11,127 bases of DNA, from IMG/VR virus record IMGVR_UViG_2713896903_000008. One strand, written 5' to 3'. The first letter of the stretch is position 1; the number at the start of each line of letters is the position of its first letter. A program made the translations under genes and the position numbers. The notes under the pieces were generated by a model, which saw only the letters and a list, made by a program, of their open reading frames with translations, did no database searches and had not been told where the DNA came from. The stretch comes from a virus (lineage: Duplodnaviria; Heunggongvirae; Uroviricota; Caudoviricetes). Below are positions 4,902-11,127 of this stretch, in pieces.

Positions 4902-7900
4902 ATGAGCACTGACAAACAAAATTTTGCGTTACATTGCGACGCGAAAAATGAGGGCGTAAGAAAACGCCTCGGCATCAAAGGCGGCTTCTTCTGGACAGAG
5001 GCAAAAAAACTTTCTGTTGCGGTTTCACGCTGCATTGCTGCAATGGACGATGCTGGCTACGATGAAGATGATTTTAAAAAACCTGTTCGCGTCAATTTTC
5101 CCGTTGTTGATGACCTTCCGCCAGAAGGCGTATTTGATACGGAATTCTGCAACCGTTACGAAAAAGGCGGGGAAGATGGCATCACAATGATATTTATCGC
5201 CCCTTCCCCCTCTGTTCAGGACAAACCAGCCAGCACTGACAACACCAACGTCAACGGCGAAGATATGACTGAGATTGAGGAGAATATGCTACTCCCGATT
5301 TCAGGTCAGGAATTACCTGTTCGCTGGCTGGCACAGCACAGCAGCGAAAAACCGATAACGCACGTTTTACGGGAAGAACTGCGCGCATTACATAACGCAC
5401 AGGATGAAAAACTCCCCGCAGTTACAGCGCTGGCCATCTCAAATAAAGCAGCGCAACTCGAACCGCTGGAGATTCGCAATCTCCACAAACTGGTTCGTGA
5501 CACTGACAAAGTTTTCCCTAATCCTGGTAATTCAGATCTGGGACTGATGACTGCTTTTTTCGAAGCATACCTGGGCGCCGACTACACCGATCGTGGTCTG
5601 CTGACAAAAGAGTGGATGAAAGGGAATCGTGTTTCACGCATCACCCGCACGCCCTCCGGTGCTAATGCTGGCGGCGGGAACAAAACTGATCGCGGGGAAG
5701 ATTTCGTCCACGATCAGGCTTCGCTGGCACGCGATGTTGCGACTGGCATTCTGGCCCGTTCAATGGATGTTGATATTTATAACCTTCATCCGGCACACGC
5801 TAAACGTATTGATGAAATCATCGCAGAGAATAAGCCGCCCTTTTCTGTTTTCCGTGACATATTCACTGCTATGCCTGGGGGATTGGATTATTCCCGCGCC
5901 ATCGTGGTTGCATCCGTGAAAGAAGCACCTATCGGTATTGAGGTTATTCACGCGCACGTCACTGAATATCTGAACAAGGTGCTGATTGAAACCAATCACG
6001 CCAATCCTGATCAGGAAATCGTGGATATTGCTTGCGGCCGTTCCTCAGCCCCAATGCCACAGCGTGATACAGAAGAAGGAAAACAAGGTGAAGAAAAACC
6101 ACAACCATCTGGCGCAATGGCAAATGAACAGGCAACGCCTGAAACAGTGGAACCGGATACAACTGAACATCATCAGAACACGCAGCCGATGGATGCTCAG
6201 CCACAGGTAAATTCTGTTGATGCGAAATATCAGGAACTACGGGCAGAACTCCATGAAACCAGGAAAAATATTCCACCCAAAAATCCTGTCGATGCCGACA
6301 AATTACTGGCTGCCTGTCGCGGAGAGTTTGTTGAAGGAATTAGCGACCCGAACGATCCGAAATGGGTCAAGGGGATCCAGACCCGCGATTCTGTGTACCA
6401 GAATAAGCCAGAAACAGAACAAAACACGCCAGAAACTGAAAAAACCAGCCCGGATGTGAAACAACCTGAGCTGGTAGCGAAACAGGAAGCAGAAAAAATT
6501 TGCACCGCCTGCGGTCAGGCTGGAGGAAATAGCTGCCCTGACTGTGGTGCAGTGATGGGAGACGCAACGTATCAGGAAACCTTTAATGAAGAAAATATGG
6601 ATGAATCTCAGGAAAAAGATTCGGAGAAAATGGAAGACAATAAACATCTGCACAAGAAGAACGCTGGCAACCATCCGCATCACAATTGCAGTGATGAAAC
6701 TGGTGAAGCGTCAACTCCTGTAGCAACTGAAATCATGTGGCCGTCATATTTCGAGCCTGGTCGCTATGAAAACCTCCCGAACGAGGTTTATCACGCCGCC
6801 AACGGAATAAGCAGCACGATGCTGAAGGATGCCCGCATCAGTTTGATGTATTACCACGGGCGGCACATTGCCGGAACTATTCCGTGTGAAGAAAGTGATG
6901 CATTGCTACGTGGACGGATCATTCACAGCTATGTTCTGGAAACGGATAAATTCTCTGATGAATATGCCATTCCGGTACCGGTTCCTGAAGATGTGGTTGC
7001 CACTTCTCAAGAACTGATCGCCATTATTAAAAAACACAATGCCAGTCTGCCAGCACTGATGACACCAGAGCAGATGAAAGAGTGGATCGAAAACTACAAC
7101 AGCACTCTTATTCAGCCACTGTCGGTAAGTGCTGGAGCCGAAGAAACAGGCATCCTTTACGGCTCGCTCCCGGAGGAATTCCGACGTATTCCAGAAGGAG
7201 AAAAACACACTGCATCAGCAATGAAAGCCTGTATTAAAGAATACAACGCAAGCCTCCCCTCTCTGTTGAAAACCAGTGGAACACGGGAGCAACTTCTGGA
7301 GCAAATTGAAACTGTAGATCCAGAACTGGCAAAAAAAGAACGGGCTAAATCTTTGCCTTACAACATCAGTGGTACAAAAGAGCAATTAACCGAAATCGCC
7401 CGGAAAATTCGCCCGGAACTGGTAACACTGGAGGACTGGCAAAAACGCCAGCAAGAAGAAAATGCAGGAAAAACGTTTATCAGTCCAGATATGTATGAAC
7501 AGGCAAAAAATATTCATGCGGCACTGCAAAACAATACTGACGCGGCAAGACTACTCAACCACCCGGATCGCAAATCTGAAATCAGCTATTTCGGGTTTGA
7601 TGAAGAAACCGGGCTGGAAATCAGGGTCCGCCCTGATATCGAAATCCGACTGCCATACGAAAGCATCTGCGCCGACGTGAAATCAGTAAGCTTCGGTTAT
7701 GTGCGGCAAGAACGACTAAAAGATCGCTTACACCGTGAAATTATTGAACGTGATTATCACCTGAGCGCCGCAATGTACTGCGATGTGGCAAACCTGGATA
7801 AATTTTTCTGGGTCTTCGTCAATAAGGATGCTGGCTATCACTGGGTAGCAGTTGTGGAAGCCTCGCAGGAACTCCTGGAACTTGGTCGACAGGAATATCG

Positions 7901-8027
7901 CCGGACGCTACGCCAGATAAACGAAGCCCTAGAGACAAACAACTGGCCAGCACCGATTACCGAAAGTTACACCGACGAATTAAACGACTTTGATCTTCGT
8001 CGTCTTGAAGCACTGCATCTGGCTTAA
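4902..8027 (+). CDS. recE: Exodeoxyribonuclease VIII (RecE-type 5'-3' dsDNA exonuclease), long 1041-aa form with C-terminal PD-(D/E)XK nuclease domain
   Basis: Single uninterrupted ORF. N-terminal and central regions recognised as RecE-like. The central low-complexity E/K/T/Q-rich linker contains CTACG-x8-CPDC. The C-terminal region has RPDIE ... ADVKSV, matching the PD-(D/E)XK pattern. Stop overlaps the next gene's ATG (TAATG). Confidence 0.85.
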   Translation: MSTDKQNFALHCDAKNEGVRKRLGIKGGFFWTEAKKLSVAVSRCIAAMDDAGYDEDDFKKPVRVNFPVVDDLPPEGVFDTEFCNRYEKGGEDGITMIFIAPSPSVQDKPASTDNTNVNGEDMTEIEENMLLPISGQELPVRWLAQHSSEKPITHVLREELRALHNAQDEKLPAVTALAISNKAAQLEPLEIRNLHKLVRDTDKVFPNPGNSDLGLMTAFFEAYLGADYTDRGLLTKEWMKGNRVSRITRTPSGANAGGGNKTDRGEDFVHDQASLARDVATGILARSMDVDIYNLHPAHAKRIDEIIAENKPPFSVFRDIFTAMPGGLDYSRAIVVASVKEAPIGIEVIHAHVTEYLNKVLIETNHANPDQEIVDIACGRSSAPMPQRDTEEGKQGEEKPQPSGAMANEQATPETVEPDTTEHHQNTQPMDAQPQVNSVDAKYQELRAELHETRKNIPPKNPVDADKLLAACRGEFVEGISDPNDPKWVKGIQTRDSVYQNKPETEQNTPETEKTSPDVKQPELVAKQEAEKICTACGQAGGNSCPDCGAVMGDATYQETFNEENMDESQEKDSEKMEDNKHLHKKNAGNHPHHNCSDETGEASTPVATEIMWPSYFEPGRYENLPNEVYHAANGISSTMLKDARISLMYYHGRHIAGTIPCEESDALLRGRIIHSYVLETDKFSDEYAIPVPVPEDVVATSQELIAIIKKHNASLPALMTPEQMKEWIENYNSTLIQPLSVSAGAEETGILYGSLPEEFRRIPEGEKHTASAMKACIKEYNASLPSLLKTSGTREQLLEQIETVDPELAKKERAKSLPYNISGTKEQLTEIARKIRPELVTLEDWQKRQQEENAGKTFISPDMYEQAKNIHAALQNNTDAARLLNHPDRKSEISYFGFDEETGLEIRVRPDIEIRLPYESICADVKSVSFGYVRQERLKDRLHREIIERDYHLSAAMYCDVANLDKFFWVFVNKDAGYHWVAVVEASQELLELGRQEYRRTLRQINEALETNNWPAPITESYTDELNDFDLRRLEALHLA

Positions 8028-9136
8028 TGGAGAACCTGACCATGCAAAATACCAATATCATCACGACAGAGCAGACACCAAATACCATTTCTGCCAGTAA
8101 CACTATTTTTAACGTTCAGGCGTTGACGCAACTTCAGGAAGTAGCCGGGTTGATGTCACAGGCCACCGTCACAGTTCCCGATCACCTTCGCGGAAAACCT
8201 GCCGACTGCATGGCAATCATCATGCAAGCCATGCAATGGGGCATGAACCCCTACGCTGTGGCTCAGAAAACACACCTGGTAAACGGAGTTCTGGGTTATG
8301 AAGCACAACTGGTTAACGCTGTGATCTCTAGCTCAAGTGCAATTGTAGGCCGCTTCCATTACAAGTACGAGGGAGACTGGGAGAAATGCTCTCGCACCCG
8401 AGTGGAGACCGTTAAGAAAACGGCCAAAGGAGGCGGAATCTATGAGAAAAAAGAAACGATCCCATGTTGGACCAGTGAAGATGAGTATGGTCTATCAGTT
8501 CGAGTTGGTGCAGTTCTTCGCGGTGAAAGTGAGATTACCTGGGGAGAACCGGTGTTTCTTTCCAGCGTGATTACGCGTAATTCTCCTTTATGGACCTCAA
8601 ACCCGAAACAACAGCTCGCCTATCTGGCGTTGAAATACTGGGCTCGCCTTTATTGTCCTGACGTCATCCTGGGCGTGTATACCCCCGACGAACTGGAAGA
8701 GCCACAGGAAAAAATCATTAATCCGGTTCAGGAACATAAAAACACATCAGCCTGCCGTGCGGAACGTGAAACAACAATTATTGAGCAGGATGCCGGGGAA
8801 AACTGGATCGATGCTTTCCGTAAACGTATTGAGCAAGCACAAAGCACCGAAGAAACAACGGCACTTCGCCAGGAAGTAGAAGCTCATAAAAATACACTTG
8901 GTGCTCTCTACACAGAACTTAAAGGAAAAGTGGTTCAGCGTCATCACCGTCTTAATGCTATTGCCCGTATCGAGAAGATGATAAATGACCTGCCTTCATC
9001 AGGTGATCCAGAAGCAGAACAAAAATTTACTGCACTGGAAAATACGCTGAATGCTGCACGACCACATTTAGGAGAATTATATGAGGCGTATAAAACGACA
9101 CTGACAGACCTGAAACCAGAATATATCGGCTCCTGA
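8027..9136 (+). CDS. Single-strand annealing protein of the RecT/Redbeta superfamily (Redbeta/Bet-like core plus ~140-aa helical C-terminal extension), 369 aa
   Basis: Core motifs resemble lambda Redbeta: AIIMQAMQWGMNPY versus Redbeta ALLIVANQYGLNPW, and SPLWTSNPKQQLAYLALKYWARLYCPDVILGVYTPDE versus GPWQSHPKRMLRHKAMIQCARLAFGFAGIYDKDE (compared from memory). Alternative start ATG 8042 (MQNTNI) has GGAG 9 nt upstream; the 8027 start is translationally coupled to recE. Confidence 0.75.
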   Translation: MENLTMQNTNIITTEQTPNTISASNTIFNVQALTQLQEVAGLMSQATVTVPDHLRGKPADCMAIIMQAMQWGMNPYAVAQKTHLVNGVLGYEAQLVNAVISSSSAIVGRFHYKYEGDWEKCSRTRVETVKKTAKGGGIYEKKETIPCWTSEDEYGLSVRVGAVLRGESEITWGEPVFLSSVITRNSPLWTSNPKQQLAYLALKYWARLYCPDVILGVYTPDELEEPQEKIINPVQEHKNTSACRAERETTIIEQDAGENWIDAFRKRIEQAQSTEETTALRQEVEAHKNTLGALYTELKGKVVQRHHRLNAIARIEKMINDLPSSGDPEAEQKFTALENTLNAARPHLGELYEAYKTTLTDLKPEYIGS

Positions 9137-9200
9137 TATTTACCATGGCGGTGTAGCCTCGCCGCCATCGCAAAATTATATATTTATGAGAGAAAAGACA

Positions 9201-9395
9201 ATGCGATATGAAAAAGTTAAGCCATGTCCGTTTTGTGGTTGTCCATCTGTAACAGTGAAAGCCATTTCAGGGTGTTACCGGGCAAAATGCAACGGCTGCG
9301 AATCCCGAACTGGCTATGGTGGAAGTGAGAAAGAAGCCCTCGAAAGATGGAATAAACGAACCGCTGAAAATATTAATGGAGGCATCTATGTATAA
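9201..9395 (+). CDS. ralR: RalR, type I toxin (non-specific DNase / restriction alleviation), 64 aa
   Basis: Translation MRYEKVKPCPFCGCPSVTVKAISGCYRAKCNGCESRTGYGGSEKEALERWNKRT, recognised as RalR; Cys-rich. The track ORF start at 9186 would add 5 codons without a Shine-Dalgarno. Confidence 0.8.
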   Translation: MRYEKVKPCPFCGCPSVTVKAISGCYRAKCNGCESRTGYGGSEKEALERWNKRTAENINGGIYV

Positions 9396-9576
9396 AATTA
9401 CCGCCACAATTGAAAAGGAAGGAGGTACTCCTACTAACTGGACAAGATATTCAAAATCTAAACTAACGAAATCAGAATGCGAAAAAATGCTCTCAGGGAA
9501 AAAAGAAGCAGGCGTTTCCAGAGAGCAAAATGTAAAACTGATGAATTTTAATTGCGAGAAACTTCAGTCCTGGTAA
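9388..9576 (+). CDS. ydaC: YdaC-like small protein, 62 aa, function unknown
   Basis: ATG 9388 preceded by GGAGG (9378-9382); translation MYKITATIEKEGGTPTNWTRYSKSKLTKSECEKMLSGKKEAG. Overlaps the ralR 3' end by 8 nt in another frame. Confidence 0.65.
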   Translation: MYKITATIEKEGGTPTNWTRYSKSKLTKSECEKMLSGKKEAGVSREQNVKLMNFNCEKLQSW

Positions 9577-9608
9577 GTTGCATTGTATTCAAATTAAAAC
9601 TTCATAGC

Positions 9609-9661
9609 TGATTATTAATAATCAACGCGGGCGTCAATTTCTGTCTAATATTGTCGCCCGC
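9609..9661. promoter_or_regulatory. Candidate regulatory region upstream of xis: perfect 16-bp palindrome TGATTATTAATAATCA (9609-9624) followed by stem-loop GCGGGCG-N21-CGCCCGC (9627-9661) abutting the xis Shine-Dalgarno
   Basis: Read directly from the sequence; binding factor unknown. Confidence 0.3.
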
Positions 9662-9674
9662 CAGAGGTGATGCG

Positions 9675-9890
9675 ATGGCACAAGTGATCTTTAATGAAGA
9701 GTGGATGGTTGAATACGGTCTGATGCTTCGTACTGGTCTGGGGGCCAGACAAATTGAAGCATATCGCCAGAACTGTTGGGTGGAAGGCCTCCACTTCAAA
9801 CGAGTATCTCCTTTAGGTAAGCCAGACAGCAAGCGAGGGATTATCTGGTACAACTATCCGAAGATAAATCAGTTTATCAAAGACTCATAA
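9675..9890 (+). CDS. xisR: Excisionase (Xis / YdaQ-like), 71 aa
   Basis: ATG 9675 with GAGGTG 5 nt upstream; translation [71 protein letters not shown]. The track ORF start at 9651 is a TTG inside the stem-loop. Ends 1 nt before the integrase start. Confidence 0.85.
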   Translation: MAQVIFNEEWMVEYGLMLRTGLGARQIEAYRQNCWVEGLHFKRVSPLGKPDSKRGIIWYNYPKINQFIKDS

Positions 9891-9891
9891 T

Positions 9892-11127
9892 ATGTCTAAA
9901 TTACCAACAGGTGTCGAGATTCGAGGTAAATACATTCGCATCTGGTTCATGTTTCGAGGGAAACGATGTCGGGAAACATTGAAAGGCTGGGAGGTTACTA
10001 ACAGTAACATTAAAAAGGCCGGGAGTTTAAGAGCATTGATAGTTCACGAAATAAATTCCGGCGAGTTCGAGTATTTAAGACGTTTTCCCCAGTCCAATAC
10101 CGGGGCAAAAATGGTGACAACGAGGGTCATAAAAACATTCGGGGAGCTTTGTGATATCTGGACAAAAATTAAAGAGACAGAGTTAACAACAAACACAATG
10201 AAGAAAACAAAATCACAATTAAAAACACTCAGGATAATCATTTGCGAGAGTACCCCAATATCACATATTCGTTATAGCGATATCTTAAGCTACCGAAATG
10301 AACTGCTGCATGGAGAAACGCTTTACCAGGATAATCCAAGAGCCAACAAAAAAGGAAGAACCGTGCGCACAGTTGATAACTATATCGCCCTGCTATGTTC
10401 GTTGTTACGTTTTGCGTATCAGTCGGGATTTATATCAACCAAACCATTTGAAGGAGTAAAAAAATTACAGCGAAACAGAATAAAGCCTGATCCGTTATCT
10501 AAAACAGAATTCAATGCATTAATGGAAAGAGAAAAAGGACAGAGTCAAAACTTGTGGAAATTTGCTGTTTACTCCGGGCTTCGTCACGGGGAACTGGCAG
10601 CCCTGGCGTGGGAGGATGTGGATTTCGAGAAGGGAATTGTGAATGTCAGAAGAAACCTGACGATACTTGATATGTTCGGTCCTCCAAAAACAAATGCCGG
10701 GATCCGAACGGTAACATTACTGCAGCCTGCTCTTGAAGCACTGAAGGAGCAATACAAACTGACCGGACATTATCGCAAAAGCGAAATCACCTTTTATCAT
10801 CGGGAGTATGGCAGAACCGAAAAGCAAAAACTGCATTTTGTTTTCATGCCCAGGATGTGTAACGGAAAACAGAAACCTTATTACTCGGTAAGCAGTTTGG
10901 GGGCGAGATGGAATGCAGCAGTAAAACGTGCTGGTATTCGCCGCCGTAATCCGTACCATACGCGACATACTTTTGCCTGTTGGCTGTTGACGGCAGGAGC
11001 GAACCCGGCATTTATAGCCAGCCAGATGGGGCATGAAACTGCGCAGATGGTGTATGAAATTTACGGTATGTGGATTGATGACATGAACGACGAACAGGTA
11101 GCCATGTTGAATGCGCGGTTATCGTAG
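9892..11127 (+). CDS. intR: Tyrosine-family site-specific integrase (Rac IntR-like), 411 aa
   Basis: Translation MSKLPTGVEIRGKYIRIWFMFRGKRCRETLKGW. The C-terminal catalytic region has the box II motif YHTRHTFA and candidate nucleophile Tyr in MVYEIYGMW. Stop TAG is the last 3 nt of the window. Confidence 0.9.
   Translation: MSKLPTGVEIRGKYIRIWFMFRGKRCRETLKGWEVTNSNIKKAGSLRALIVHEINSGEFEYLRRFPQSNTGAKMVTTRVIKTFGELCDIWTKIKETELTTNTMKKTKSQLKTLRIIICESTPISHIRYSDILSYRNELLHGETLYQDNPRANKKGRTVRTVDNYIALLCSLLRFAYQSGFISTKPFEGVKKLQRNRIKPDPLSKTEFNALMEREKGQSQNLWKFAVYSGLRHGELAALAWEDVDFEKGIVNVRRNLTILDMFGPPKTNAGIRTVTLLQPALEALKEQYKLTGHYRKSEITFYHREYGRTEKQKLHFVFMPRMCNGKQKPYYSVSSLGARWNAAVKRAGIRRRNPYHTRHTFACWLLTAGANPAFIASQMGHETAQMVYEIYGMWIDDMNDEQVAMLNARLS

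Noticed and set aside
5306-7680. Multiple ORFs inside recE on both strands (5306-5509, 5629-5919, 5760-5999, 5959-6276, 5986-6210, 6217-6459, 6230-6505, 6303-6683, 6367-6567, 6906-7208, 7462-7680)
   Set aside because: All nested within or antisense to the continuous 1041-aa recE frame; translations are low-complexity (mirror images of the E/K/Q-rich RecE linker). No evidence for nested genes.
8747-9168. Minus-strand ORFs 8747-8947 and 8944-9168
   Set aside because: Antisense to the annealase gene; no ribosome-binding site; shadow ORFs.
9609-9624. Possible Fur box (TGATTATTAATAATCA resembles the TGATAAT-n-ATTATCA core)
   Set aside because: The half-sites are permuted (TGATTAT/ATAATCA rather than GATAAT/ATTATC) and the spacing is 16 not 15 or 19 bp. 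The resemblance is too loose to call iron regulation.
9602-9853. Minus-strand ORF 9602-9853 (83 aa) and TTG start of xis at 9651
   Set aside because: The minus ORF is antisense to xis. The TTG at 9651 lies inside the stem-loop with no ribosome-binding site, whereas ATG 9675 has GAGGTG and gives the 71-aa excisionase.
10044-11034. Minus-strand ORFs 10044-10241 and 10717-11034 inside the integrase gene
   Set aside because: Antisense to a confidently identified integrase; shadow ORFs.
1-11127. Looked for tRNA or tmRNA as integration target, CRISPR repeats, IS inverted repeats, and att core sequences
   Set aside because: None seen. The window ends at the integrase stop codon, so attL and any flanking tRNA or host gene would lie beyond position 11127. 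No direct-repeat arrays or terminal inverted repeats were detected by eye.

Overview
This 11.1-kb window reads as the left arm of a Rac-like lambdoid cryptic prophage from an enterobacterium, in reverse orientation to the usual E. coli K-12 Rac map. Left to right: minus-strand replication genes (ydaV-like DnaC-family loader, partial; ydaU-like initiator), ydaT, a Cro-like HTH gene, a divergent immunity switch with a cI-like HTH repressor (RacR position), a terminator, two tiny ORFs in the rex-like slot (ydaG/ydaF, below the ORF-track cutoff), convergent sieB, then a long plus-strand operon kilR-ydaE-racC-recE(1041 aa)-RecT/Redbeta-superfamily annealase-ralR-ydaC-xis-int. The window ends exactly at the integrase stop codon, so the att site is not included. 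No rRNA, tRNA, CRISPR array or IS element was seen. I do not see an unambiguous novel defence system. The most checkable non-obvious signals are: (i) three dispersed copies of a 21-bp dyad element TGTAACGC-N5-GCGTTACA in and upstream of ydaU; (ii) a TCACA-N3-CGTGA operator family at the immunity switch plus one inverted copy downstream of the repressor terminator; (iii) a GC-rich hairpin with T-run in the sieB-kilR gap; (iv) small uncharacterised ORFs ydaG, ydaF, ydaE and ydaC; (v) a RecE-type nuclease partnered with a Redbeta-like rather than RecT-like annealase. Gene names come from protein sequence I recognise plus synteny, from memory; no database search or computation was run, and all coordinates were counted by hand.
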